Assembly (NCBI RefSeq): GCF_004010195.1
Contig: NC_057719.1
Location: 73,211,446-73,243,717 of the forward strand
DNA: 32,272 nucleotides
Reading direction: 5' to 3'
DNA from: Chiloscyllium plagiosum
Lineage: Eukaryota
Part shown: in pieces, positions 11,673 to 22,774 of the stretch
Layout: each line of letters begins with the position of its first letter
Position numbering within the stretch: the stretch's first letter is position 1
Position numbers and translations under genes: made by a program
The notes under the pieces: generated by a model
What the model was told of the DNA's origin: nothing
What the model saw: only the letters and a program-made list of their open reading frames with translations
The model's database searches: none

Positions 11673-11754
11673 GTGGGGTCGGAAACCAGCCTGCCATTCA
11701 CCCCCAACCCCCAGCCAAACCCTCACGCGACACCAACCGCCCGTTCTCGCTCAC

Positions 11755-11853
11755 CTGCTCCACCGAAGTCACCGTCAACACGTTGTCGTCCTTCAGTTTC
11801 TCTCCGGCGTGCTCCTCCCGAAAGCACCGCAACGTCTTCGGGATCTCGGCCAT
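11755..11853 (-). CDS. First coding exon of an unidentified protein-coding gene (MAEIPKTLRCFREEHAGEKLKDDNVLTVTSVEQ)
   Basis: Strong Kozak context (cacc-ATG-G), 33 open codons with GC3-rich usage, consensus donor CAG|gtgagc, in-frame TAA 87 nt upstream (11938-11940), located in a CpG island. Confidence 0.8.
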
Positions 11854-12667
11854 GGTGTAGGAGGCGCGCTTAACCCGGGCCGAGTGAATCGATTCCTTTC
11901 CTCTCGTGTGTACGCGTGCGTGTGTGATTTTTTGAAATTATTTCTTCCCTCGCCTCCTCCGGCCACCATTACCGCAGCCAAGGCGGGCGGCCCTTCAGCC
12001 TCTCGTCGGCATCGCTGCGCGTGAGCGGATAGCTCCGACAGGCCCGCGGCAGGGACAAACCTCCCGACAAATACGCAAGCGCGTTGTGCGCCTCCTGTGG
12101 GCATTTCGACATATCTGTCAACCCCCACAGGCTGCTGGCTCTGTGTGTGTGGTCCTGGTCCCCCTCGTCCTTTAGAGTGAGGATCGAGGAAAATCTTGCT
12201 TCTGATTAATAATAACACAAGCTATCACACAAACACGTACCGCGGGAGATATTATCTCCGTTTAATTGCTCTGAACGATTATATTCAGCAATATCTTAAT
12301 AGGTTGTTTTTCTATTTTAATCCATAGACATATCAATTTAACATATCCTCCTTCCCCATAAGATTACAGTTGTTAAATCAATGTTTTTTAGACAGATGTG
12401 TATCTGCCTTCCCCTCTCTGATTTTGGATTGCTATTTCTTCCTCACACAATCACTATTGTGCCCCTGGTAGAAATCTTTCTGAAACATAAGTAACTACTC
12501 CCTTTTCCCTATAAAAGTCAACGTGTAACATTGTATTTCAGAATACAGAATACAGACATATCCGATACAAAATAAAAACTGAAAGAACTGCGGATGCTTC
12601 AAATCAGAAACAAAAACAGAAATTGCTGGAAAAGCTGAACAGGTCTGGCAGCATCCAGGGAGAGGAA

Positions 12668-12872
12668 GCTGAAAATGTGTTGCTGGAAAAGCACAGCAGG
12701 TCAGGCAGCATCCAAGGAACAGGAGAATCGACGTTTCGGGCATAAGCCCTTCTTCAGGAATATGCCCGAAACGTCGATTCTCCAGTTCCTTGGATGCTGC
12801 CTGACCTGCTGCGCTTTTCCAGCAACACATTTTCAGCTCTGATCTCCAGCATCTGCAGTCCTCACTTTCTCC
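12668..12872 (+). mobile_element. Fold-back Penelope-derived short element with 14-bp TSD
   Basis: Arms ~12667-12744 and ~12761-12838 are near-perfect reverse complements. Perfect direct repeat TCCAGGGAGAGGAA at 12654-12667 and 12873-12886. Confidence 0.9.
12728..12759 (-). ncRNA. Minimal type I hammerhead ribozyme motif
   Basis: Minus strand reads CTGAAGA-aGGGC-ttat-GCCC-GAAA-C-GTC: conserved core boxes, a 4-bp stem II and a GUC cleavage triplet, as in PLE hammerheads. Stem I is only ~2 bp. Confidence 0.7.
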
Positions 12873-13134
12873 TCCAGGGAGAGGAATCAGAGTTAACATT
12901 TCAGATCTAGTGACCATTCCTCAGACGGCTGAGTTGTTTATAATAGGATTTGTTTATAACCAATACAAATACTGCTGAAGCTAATCCTTTAAGTTTAAAC
13001 AAAGCTTGGCAGTTAACTGTCAGACATCATCTAACTGGTGCATTTGCCACAGCAGCATCTCCACCAACCAGAGTCTGATTGCCAATCAATCATCACTGAT
13101 TGCAGTAATCAAAGTAGAGTCTTGGGACACTGTT

Positions 13135-14510
13135 TAAGAAGGGTGGGAAGGACAAGCCAGTGAACTATAAACCAGTGAGCCTGATGTCGGTGGTGGGCAA
13201 GTTGTTGGAGGGAATCCTGAGGGACAGGATGTACATGTATTTGGAAAGGGAAGGTCTGATTAGGGATAGTCAACATGGCTTTGTGCATGGGAAATCATGT
13301 CTCACAAACTTGATTGAGTTTTTCGAGGAAGCAACAAAGAGGATTGATGAGGGCAGAGCGGCAGATGTGATCGATATGGACTTCAGTAAGGCCTTCGACA
13401 AGATTCCCCATGGGAGATTGATTGGCAAGGTTAGATCTCACGGAATACAGGGAGAACTAGCCGTTTGGATACAGAACTGGCTCAAAGGCAGAAGACAGAG
13501 GGTGGTGGTGGAGGGTTGTTTTTCAGTCTGGAGGCCTGTGACCAGTGGAATGCCATAAGGATTGGTGCTGGGTCCTCTACTTTTTGTCATTTACATAAAT
13601 GATTTGGATGCGAGTATAAGAGGTACAGTTAGTAAGTTTGCAGATGACCCCAAAATTGGAGGTGTAGTGGATAGTGAAGAGGGTTTCCTCAGATTACAAC
13701 AGGACCTTGACCAGATGGGCCAATGGGCTGAGAAGTGGCAGATGGAGGTTAATTCAGATAAAGGTGCTGCATTTTGGGAAAGCCAAGTGTATGAGCAGGA
13801 CTTATACACTTAATGGTAAGGTCCTAGGGAGTGTTGCTGAACAAAGAGACCTTGGAGTGCAGGTTCATAGCTCCTTGAAATTGAAGTCGCAGGTAGATAG
13901 GATAGTGAAGAAGGCGTTTGGTATGCTTTCCTTTATCGGTCAGAGTATTGAGTACAGGAGTTGGGAGGTCATGTTGCGGCTGTACAGGACATTGGTTAGG
14001 CCACTATTGGAATATTGCGTGCAATTCTGGTCTCCTTCCTATCGGAAAGATGTTGTGAAACTTGAAAGGGTTCAGAAAAGATTTACAAGGATGTTGCCAG
14101 GGTTGGAGGATTTGAGCTAAGGAGAGGCTGAACAGGCTGGGGCTGTTTTCCCTGCAGCGTTGGAGGCTGAGGGGTGTCCTTATAGAGGTTTATAAAATCA
14201 TGAGGGACATGGATAGGGTAAATAGACAAAGTCTTTTCCCTGGGGTCGGGGTGTCTAGAACTAGAGAGCATAGGTTTAGGGTGAGGGGGAAAGATATAAA
14301 AGAGAACTAAGGGGCAACTTTTTCACACAGAGAGTGGTACATGTATGGAATGAGCTGCCAGAGGAAGTGGTGGAGGCTGGTACAATTGCAACATTTAAAA
14401 GGCATCTGGGTGGGTATATGAATAGGAAGGATTTGGAGGGATATGAGCTGGGTGCTGGCAGGTGGGGCTAGATTGGGTTGGGATATCTGGTTGGACCGAA
14501 TCTATGACTC
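13135..14510 (+). mobile_element. 5'-truncated CR1 LINE (RT domain + 3' UTR), relatively young but inactivated
   Basis: NYKPVSLMSVVGK, SQHGF..GKSCLTNL, DFSKAFD, SGMP*G.VLGP, SKFADD, RPLLEYCVQFWSP and LERVQKRFTRM; in-frame stop at 13556-13558 and frameshifts; tail ...tctatgactct. Confidence 0.95.
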
Positions 14511-14512
14511 TA

Positions 14513-14660
14513 TTAAGTATATAAGTCCTGCTAAGATTTGCTTTCCCAAAATGCAGCACCTCACATTTATCTAAATTAAATTCCCTCTGCCACTCCTCAG
14601 GCCATTGGCCCATCTGATCAAGATCCCATTGTAATCTGAGGTAACCTTCTTTGCTGTCCA
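14513..14660 (-). mobile_element. Short CR1 RT fragment, antisense, abutting the 3' end of the previous CR1
   Basis: Minus-strand DSKEGYLRLQWDLDQMGQWPEEWQREFNLDKCEVLHFGKAN is homologous to 13670-13815. Confidence 0.85.
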
Positions 14661-14749
14661 AATGCTCATGTTCCATGAAAGCATTGCCAATCAAGCTGGA
14701 TCAGACTCTCAGTGGTCCTAAAAGTATGTTGGAAGACAGATTGCTGGAC

Positions 14750-16100
14750 TGTCGTGGCCCCTTCAAACTCCTTTGAACAGTGCCATCTACAGATATGATG
14801 GCAAAAGTCTGATCTTCCTTGACAACCAAGTTAAGCATGAATGCCTTCAATCTGAGTTTTCATTGCAGCACCCATACACTGCAATGGAAGTTGTAACATT
14901 GGCCATCAGCATCTGCATCATTCGTGGATTCTCGTGGACTTGGGCCAACATTCTACACTGGCAGAGCTGCCCCAGCTCCGTGCAAAGCCCTGTGTAGGTG
15001 CTGACCATCTTTGACATTGTAGGCCTGGCAATACATCAAGCATTTAACCATGCATACCCAGCCTTCTATTGTTGGTTGCCATGTCAAAGTGCTTATCTAT
15101 AACCTGCAGCCTGATCTAAGTATGACCATGCCCTCCAGTGACCTGGCTTATGTTGTCTCCTGCCCTGGCTGCAGGCCACTCATTCTTGGCATCTCATTAC
15201 TCAGTGCTCACAATGTCAGTAACTGAGCTGTTGGCTGAGAGCATGAGAATGAATGCTAGTGTTACTCTTTACTAGTATCCTTCTCCTCTTCTACGTCCTT
15301 TTCCTCCACCAACGTTTGACTAGGTTGTAGTTCTTGGGTTTCTAAAAGGAGAGGGGCTAAAAGGTAAGGGGGGAAACTAGAGTTGTACAATTCAAATGTC
15401 ACAGTTTGCAAATAAGAAGTATTTGTTGAATGAGGGTGAAGTGAGATGTGAGAAGGAGAGGGCTGCATAGCTTTAGCCCACAAAAGCAAAGGCCATGCCA
15501 ATAATGGTGAAACTGTCTCCTCCTTGAAGGTCAGGATACGAAGCTGTTCGTGTCTCTTGCTGGTTTCTTCTCCATTCCTGAGCTATTTAAGAGAAAGCTT
15601 ACATGTGCTAGTGAGTGTGGTGCAATGTATTTGGATAATATATCAGTCATGATTGAATAGCTGGCTGTGTGTGTAAGTGGGTGTGGGGCGAGCATCAGTG
15701 TGAAATGTCTGTGCAAGTAATGAAGTGAGTGAATGTTAGGTCTGAGTTGTCTTTGATTGTGATTGCTGGTGCATAAATGAAAACACTGTGGTGGATTGGG
15801 CAGTATATGAGGAAGTTGGTGGGATGTGACATTTGAAGATGCATCAGTGACCTTAACCACTCACGGGAGGTAATTGAATTCCTTAAAGCATTGGGTCTAC
15901 AGTCTTGATATTGCCTGGGAAAGCTATCTGATCCCCCAGCCTTCTGAGAATCTGAAAGGTGTCCTGGTCTTCTATAGGTAGAGGACCTCTCTATTCCTGA
16001 ATGTGTGCCCCAGTACAATATTGGATAATTTTGCAGCTTGCTCTCTGCCATGTTGTACGATCATTCACTGTAATTTTTGCTCACACTGTCTTTTGCAACC
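14750..16100 (-). mobile_element. Probable decayed PIF/Harbinger-type DNA transposon (Myb/SANT accessory gene remnant)
   Basis: Minus strand near 15850-15940 reads gatcagatagct and caatgctttaaggaattcaattacctcccgtgagtggttaaggtca, resembling the degenerate W.QIA...QC.K.FNDL..VVK|GT Myb/SANT motif. An acidic tract EEKDVEEEKD lies downstream. TIRs not identified. Confidence 0.4.
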
Positions 16101-17739
16101 AGTTCTAGACCGGCTGGGATACACATCCCCATAACAGTTGTAAACTTTAAGTAGAGCAATTTGATGTTGCGCTGGAAGAGAGAGAGCAGCCTTTTATGAC
16201 TTTACAACCCAACTCCTGTCATGTTTAGCACTCAGCAGCATGTTTAGTGCTGTCAGCATTCAAAGAAACGTGTATCTCGCAATTTGCTTGCTCCCTCCAT
16301 CGAAAACAATGGATGGAGGGAGCAAGCAAATTCTCCTTGCCTGATATTCTTATCAAATTTCACAGCTACCATGCCTTGTTTGTATGCTGAAAATATTATT
16401 TATACCAGACATTGTCCCTGGTTTTTAATAACAGACCTGCCTGTGCCCCCAAATTTATTGATGTCTTCATCCTCCACCTCATCTCCAATGCAGCTTTAAC
16501 ATGAACCAAATTGAAAGAAAAATGCAAAATCAGCAGAAGATGGAAATCTGAAAAAGAAAGAAACATTAACACAGGATTTTGCAAATGCAAGTTTGTGTCA
16601 GTCAAGCACACTTACTGGAAAGCAAGATGCATTTTTAACTTATGTTGACAATGTAGATGGTGCCAGGAAGTTTCAACCCCAGGTGCCAGACTAAACCACG
16701 TTCTGTTTGTCGGATTTCCACCTTGGGTTTGTTATTGCATTAAAATGGGATGGAAAAGCTGAAAATATTCACACACAAAAAAAACACAATTGGACAACAT
16801 TCCTGTGATTTTCAAAAACTATGTTCCATCTTGTGTATGTAACTTTCGCAAGTATTTCCATAGATTTCAAGGTATCATGCATTGAGTGCAACCAGAGCTG
16901 GTGTGAAACGGGAGAAAGTGGCCAGGAGTAGCATCACATTTTTGCAGTAAAACCAACTTGATCCTTGTTTGATGCTTTTCCCAGGCAGCACAGCTGCGAT
17001 TGTCACACTGTCATGCAGAAGATTACTACCTTGCGAGCTGCATTTCTATATTCAGTCGGAGAATGAAGGGAAATTTCACATTTATGATTGAGCATTCACA
17101 GTTTTATATCTGAGCTTGAACTCATTTATGAAAATATACTGGAATTTCAGTTTTGCTTCATTGGTATGAACAAAGCCTATCCATATATCAAAAGTGAATG
17201 CTATTATCAAATTCTTAAGTGTCATTAAGAAAATTATATTTAAATGGCTGAGAACCTCTTGAGCAGTAAGTTTAAATGACCTTTTCTCAGAGCTTCAGTA
17301 TTCAAAGACAGCTTCTCAGCTTCAGCGTCACATCTCGGTTTGAATTCTTGCCTCAAGTGTCCCTTGAACTCAAGTGAGGTTAAGGTGGTTTTCAGCATGG
17401 TTACCAGTTGCCCTTCTTTATAGGGGCAGATATATTTACCTCCAACAGAGAGGATGGAGAGGCACCTTCTGATGCCTGAATATGGAGCTGTAATGAGAAC
17501 AGAAAATATCGAAAGTGCAAGACATTTCTGCTCACCACTTCATAAATAAAAGACCAATAACACAATCACAGTTCATAGAACTTAAATTTTATTAAAATTC
17601 ACTCAATTAAATCATATGCACTGCATTTAAATAGGAGGGATGTTTGCATTAGAAAATCATCTAATTTAATATTATTTTGCAAAACCTTTGTTTCATGATT
17701 TTACTTGGGAGCATTTTCTGTGTCATTCATGTTCTGCAC

Positions 17740-18562
17740 CAGTCACGACTCCTCAGACACAAGCAGTTCATGTTCAAATGCAACAAGGTCTGGACAATAT
17801 CCAGGCTTAGACTGACAAGTGGCAAGTAACATTCGCACCACACAAATGCCAGGCAATGACCATCTTCAGTAGGAAGACAATCTAACCACTGTCCTATCAC
17901 ATCCAATGGTGCTATCAACATCCTGGGATTATCATTGACCAGAAACTCTACTGGACTCACCACATTAGCTACAAGAGCAGGTGAGAGGCTAGAAATACTG
18001 TGGCAAGTAACTCACCTCCCAACTCCCCAAAGCCTGTCTATCATCTATTAGGTACAAGTCAGAGGTGTGTTGGAATACTCCCCAATTGACTAGATGAGTG
18101 CAGATCCAACAATAGTCAAGAAGTTTGACACCATCCAGGTCAAGCAGCCCACTTGACTGGCACCACATCCACAAGCATCCACATTCTCCACCACTGAAGC
18201 TCAGGAGCAGCAGTGTACACTATCTGCAAGCTACACTGCAGAAATTTACCAAAGATCCTCAGATAGCACCTTCCAAACCCATGACCATCCCCATCAAGAA
18301 GGACACGGGCAGATGTTGGGAACACCACCACCTTCAAGTTCCCTTCCAAGCCACTCACCATCCTGACTTCGAAAAATATCATTGTTCCTTCACTGTCACT
18401 GGGCCAAAATCCTGGAATTCCTTCCCAATTGGCATGGTGGGTCAACCCACAGCAGGTGAACTGCAGCAGTTCAAAAGGCAGCTCACCACCACCTTCTCAA
18501 GTGAAACTAGGGATGGGCAATAAATGCTGGCTAGCCAGAAACGCCCACATCCTACAAATGAA
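17740..18562 (+). mobile_element. 5'-truncated non-LTR retrotransposon of the CR1/L2/jockey group (RT C-terminus + 3' end)
   Basis: LDNIQA..DKWQVTFAPHKCQAMTI, ILGLSLT/IDQKL-like, YK.QVR.VLEYSP and KSWNSFP; 3' end gggatgggcaataaatgctgg...gcccacatcc. Confidence 0.8.
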
Positions 18563-18866
18563 TTTTTTAAAATTCAGTTGGTGTTTTGATGGTATGAAAT
18601 GTCAACTCAGCAATGAAAAAAATTTGATTAAGTTAGGCAATTGCTTTTATTTTGATAATTGCTTTATAAAGTATATACAATGCCATAGTGATTTAGAGTT
18701 TTTCAAAAAAAGTAAGGGTTTTGTTTATTTATTTTTAAGATCGAGGGGTAAACTAAAATCACTGTGCAGGGGACACAAAACAGGAAAGGTTTGTACAGCA
18801 ACAATCAGGGGTTGTCAATCACTTTTACAGTTATGCCAAATGATACTTCTGACTAGAGCAGGAGAA

Positions 18867-18899
18867 TGGACATTTCGGGCTTGAGCCCTTCTTCAGGAA
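18867..18899 (-). ncRNA. Minimal hammerhead ribozyme motif in Penelope pLTR
   Basis: Minus strand reads CTGAAGA-aGGGC-tcaa-GCCC-GAAA-T-GTC, on the same strand as and downstream of the GIY-YIG ORF. Confidence 0.65.
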
Positions 18900-19022
18900 A
18901 GAGGAAAGTGTGTCCAGCAGGCTAAGATAAAAGGTAGGGAGGAGGGACTTGGGGGAGGGGCGTTGGAAATGCGATAGGTGGAAGGAGGTTAAGGTGAGGG
19001 TGATAGGCCGGAGTGGGGGTGG

Positions 19023-19427
19023 NNNNNNNNNNNNNNNNNNNNNNNNNNNNNNNNNNNNNNNNNNNNNNNNNNNNNNNNNNNNNNNNNNNNNNNNNNNNNN
19101 NNNNNNNNNNNNNNNNNNNNNNNNNNNNNNNNNNNNNNNNNNNNNNNNNNNNNNNNNNNNNNNNNNNNNNNNNNNNNNNNNNNNNNNNNNNNNNNNNNNN
19201 NNNNNNNNNNNNNNNNNNNNNNNNNNNNNNNNNNNNNNNNNNNNNNNNNNNNNNNNNNNNNNNNNNNNNNNNNNNNNNNNNNNNNNNNNNNNNNNNNNNN
19301 NNNNNNNNNNNNNNNNNNNNNNNNNNNNNNNNNNNNNNNNNNNNNNNNNNNNNNNNNNNNNNNNNNNNNNNNNNNNNNNNNNNNNNNNNNNNNNNNNNNN
19401 NNNNNNNNNNNNNNNNNNNNNNNNNNN
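19023..19427. other. Assembly gap (405 N)
   Basis: Run of N inside the Penelope element; the long ORFs in the track here are artefacts of X codons. Confidence 1.
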
Positions 19428-21244
19428 TCCCAGAGGTGTTCTCTGAAACGTTCCGCAAGTAGGCGGCCTGTCTCCCCAATATAGAGGAGGCCACATCGGG
19501 TGCAGCGGATGCAGTAAATGATGTGTGTGGAGGTACAGGTGAATTTGTGGCGGATATGGAAGGATCCCTTGGGGCCTTGGAGGGAAGTAAGGGGGGAGGT
19601 GTGGGCGCAAGTTTTGCATTTCTTGCAGTTGCAGGGGAAAATGACAGGAGTGGAGGTTGGGTTGGTGGGGGATGTGGACCTGAGAAGGGAGTCACGGAGC
19701 ATTCCGAAAAGTCCACTCCCTCCGTGACTCCCTTGTCAGGTCCACACCCCCCATCAGCCCAACCTCCACTCCCGACACCTTCCCCTGCAACCGCAAGAAA
19801 TGCAAAACTTGTGCCCACACCTCCCCCCTTACTTTCCTCCAAGGCCCCAAGGAATCCTTCCATATCCGCCACAAATTCACCTGCACCTCCACAGAGACCA
19901 AAATAGTAAAATCAGGCCTATCTGTTTACTCCAATAGGTATCAATGTGAGAGAAAAATCATAGATTCGCATTTATTAGACCTACTGTGCTTTCTGTAATT
20001 GGCATATAGGTTTGTTTTGCACATGGCTGGAAGAGGAAGACATGCACATCTCGAGTCATTTGAACTCATGTAAGCATGTCATTACTTGTTGTGGAATGGA
20101 AGCAATGCATCTTTAGTGCCTCAAGTCAGCTGTAGAGCAGCTATACTTCCAAGAGGGGGCGCATGAAACAGCAGGGATTATTGGATGAAACTCTCTACTT
20201 TTGTGCGTACGAAAAGATAATTCTTTTTAATCTGCCAGACATTATTTTCTGGCCCTATTTCCCCTTTTAAGCTGCTGAAAGCCTGTTGCCCTTTGCAATG
20301 CTGTTTTTTTTCTGCAGAGAAATGCCTGAAAATGCCCATTATTTTCTTCTCAAGAATTTCACTTTCTTCTGTATGGGAAATCATGCGGTCACCGCCCCCC
20401 CCCCCCCCACTTGCAGATGCAAGTTGAAAATTAACACGTTAGGAATCCCTGATCTCCCAGTTGTTGCTCATTTTAAGCACTATTCATGTATTTTGGTGCA
20501 GATTGGCAGACTATTTTATAAGACATCACTCCTATAAAACATTCACATTTGTAAGCTGTATCACTTTTCCTGATCATAAGCACCACTCCTTCAATGAGAC
20601 TCCTAAACATTGCAAGCATGTGTGTGCTATGTGTCTAGGATTCATAATACAGCTCATTGGACCTCTAGCACCAGTGACCCCAGAGATTCCCATTGCTCAC
20701 ATTTAAAATCTTGGATTTTGTTGGTGGGTTGGTCTCGCTCAATTCACCATATCCTCATTGCATGATATAGTCCTGTTTCTGAGGCAAAATGATATTTTGG
20801 AATTCAATATTTAGCTATTGAAACTTTATTGAGTGTTTCAATGAAGCAAATAATTTGTTTTCATATTCAAAAGAAATGTAACAGAAACCTCTACTTATTA
20901 TTGCTGAAATTTTGGGTTATATCTCTGGAAAATGAATCAGAAAGGTAACTATTTAAAAATTAACAGAGTTCTCATTCCTGAAAGCTAACCGGTGATCCTT
21001 GCTGTTATACCTATGCCTTTTGAAGTCCAGTGAGATCAAAGCAAATTTAGCTATGTGTTCTACCAATGATGAATTTGTTTCATTTACTGGGGGAAAAAAT
21101 AATGATAAAGATAAGTTGTTGGTGTCAGTGGAACTGCACCCTGCTTCAACAGGGAAATGAGCCTCAGGAAGAAAACTGGGAGAGGGGTCTGAAATTAAGT
21201 GGTTCTGATGTGCCATTCTCTCCATTTGAAGGAAAAGCTATATT

Positions 21245-21372
21245 GGTGGCTCAGTGGGTATAGAACCTTTGCTTCTGAATCAGATGGTTGAGGATTCAAG
21301 TATCTCTCCAGGACTTAAGTGCAAAAATCTAGGCCGAATACCCAGAGTGAGAGGTTTGACGAGGCATTAAAG
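21245..21372 (+). mobile_element. 5' head of a tRNA-derived Deu-type SINE (SacSINE1-like), degenerate
   Basis: GGCTCAGTGG...TCTGAATCAGATGGTTGAGGATTCAAGT...CCAGGACTTAAGTGCAAAAATCTAGGC. Confidence 0.55.
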
Positions 21373-21399
21373 TGCAGTTTTGTCAGTGGACATTGTTGT

Positions 21400-22285
21400 T
21401 ACACAGGAAGACACAGCAGCTGGTTTCCACACGGCAAGTTCCCACAAACTTTAAATAAAATGTGAGCAGTTAATTTATTTTTTTTGTGGGGAATGACTGA
21501 AAACAAACAGAGATCATGCCTAAAAATAACTCCTCAGCTGAGACTTTCCCTTTCTCTAGCAGTGTGAGATGGGTTAGATACCAACTGACTCAACGCCTCC
21601 ACCGCTGAGAAAGCTCACTGGATTGGGCATTTAAGAACTGATTGACAGGCTTTTCATCAAGCCAAGGGACTCAACAATAGTGCACAGTTTTCCAGTAGCT
21701 ACTACCCAATTGGTGGCTGGTAGATCCTGAGTCCTAAAGATCATTGGTCGAGATCTATTCTTCAAGGGATCTACTCTTCAAGGGATCTAATGGCAATAAG
21801 ATAATTCTTTTCCTTTTGTTTTTTGGATGGGGTTCAGGGGGAGAGATGGTTTGAAGGCAAGGATAGATGGGGTCCTTCCTTGGATGACACTTCCTTGCCC
21901 CCAACTATTATATTTGATTAATCCCAAATTAGGGCAAATAGGGCCTCCTCTCAAACTGGCAAACAGGTTGCCCTGGTTAACCTACATATAATCAGGCCAG
22001 TGACCCATTGTGACCTTTAAATGTCTGTTAATTAACCTCTTAAAGGCATTAATTGATGGTGAGTTGAGGAAGATGCCTGTGAATATTCTCACTCAGTGCT
22101 TAACTGGTGAGCTGGCACTAAGGAAGCAAATATCTCTCCAAGACCAACTCACCCAATAATTTCCCTTTCTTATCAACTCTCATGTCACTTCAGCAATGGG
22201 GAAAATTGTTCCCTTCATCTTTCCTTCAAATCATGATATGTATTACATCTATCTGAAGCAACAGAAAGGGTCTCGGTTTAACATA
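21400..22285 (-). mobile_element. Antisense Deu-SINE remnants (~21400-21500 and ~22205-22285) separated by an unclassified repeat-like insert
   Basis: Reverse complements gtttgtgggaacttgccgtg...gctgctgtgt and atgttaaaccgagacc...gatgtaa resemble parts of the copy at 26940-27210. Confidence 0.4.
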
Positions 22286-22289
22286 CTTG

Positions 22290-22365
22290 CAACAACAACT
22301 TGCACTTACATGCCACCCAAAATTGATTAGAAAGTCCTAGGAAGCTCACAGGAGCATAATCAAAC
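22290..22365 (-). mobile_element. Short L2-type 3' end
   Basis: caacaacaacttgcacttacatgcc...gctcacaggagcataatcaaac, the same type of end as at 4740-4810. Confidence 0.5.
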
Positions 22366-22774
22366 CTTTTCATTCAGAGTTCAACTTCAAGAAAACTATG
22401 GTGGATAAGGAAACCTTATTGCATTTTTATAGTTTTTCATTTATTACAGTCAAAACATTGCTGGCAGAACATAACACAGCAATGCAAATATGAAAAGTAT
22501 TTGCATTAAAACCACTAGAGCAAAAATATACCATTTGTGCCAAATTTTATTTAAGCTGTACAGTCTTTTTGCTAGAAATAGCAGAAATGGAGATGATTGT
22601 GGTTTTATTTGTGTACTGCCTTGAAATAAAGGTTAGAAAATTCAATCTTATGTTTCTTGAAACAACATGACAAATCTTCTCCACATTAAGGAATCAAGTA
22701 CATCATGGACATAAATCCATGGAGGTGTGTATTAGAAAATTACACACGGTCAGAATAGACAGAGTATGGCAAAG

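Larger units (their letters stand above)
11560..12250. promoter_or_regulatory. CpG island promoter of the minus-strand gene
   Basis: Abrupt rise in GC and CpG content in otherwise CpG-depleted DNA. Contains the first coding exon, a GC box (GGCGGGCGG at ~11982) and CGCG-rich elements. Confidence 0.85.
12570..12925 (-). mobile_element. Older Penelope pLTR-derived element interrupted by a younger fold-back element
   Basis: aaactgaaagaactgcggatgc...gctggaaaagc...ctggcagcatcc continues after the insertion as gagaggaatcagagttaacatttcag...gaccattcctcag. Confidence 0.7.
18857..19893 (-). mobile_element. Penelope-like element: GIY-YIG endonuclease region + pLTR with hammerhead, plus 5' inverted duplication (spans the N gap)
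   Basis: Minus-strand PCNCKKCKTC-H...FTCTSTHIIYCIRCTRCGLLYIGETGRLLAERFREH (PLE CCHH linker + GIY-YIG). Pyrimidine-rich pLTR and hammerhead downstream. 19526-19699 and 19720-19893 are inverted copies. Confidence 0.92.

Noticed and set aside
11562..12218. Several 74-141 aa ORFs over the CpG island
   Set aside because: Expected in GC-rich DNA; low-complexity Pro/Arg/Ser products, several with non-ATG starts.
13078..14694. 12-bp direct repeat ATTGCCAATCAA flanking the CR1 composite as a TSD
   Set aside because: The copies are tens of bases from the CR1 ends and lie in CCAAT-rich repeat-like sequence, so they cannot be assigned as a TSD.
18831..19872. Long ORFs of 149-316 aa in the ORF track
   Set aside because: Length is an artefact of X codons across the 405-N gap; only the GIY-YIG segment is meaningful.
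21066..21192. Box C (ATGATGA) ... box D (CTGA) pair suggesting a C/D snoRNA
   Set aside because: No convincing terminal stem or recognisable rRNA guide, and no evident host intron; such motifs are frequent by chance.
21752..21789. Short tandem duplication (GATCTA.TCTTCAAGG x2), and a 9-bp tandem at ~25158-25180
   Set aside because: Ordinary slippage duplications with no array or spacer structure; not CRISPR-like.
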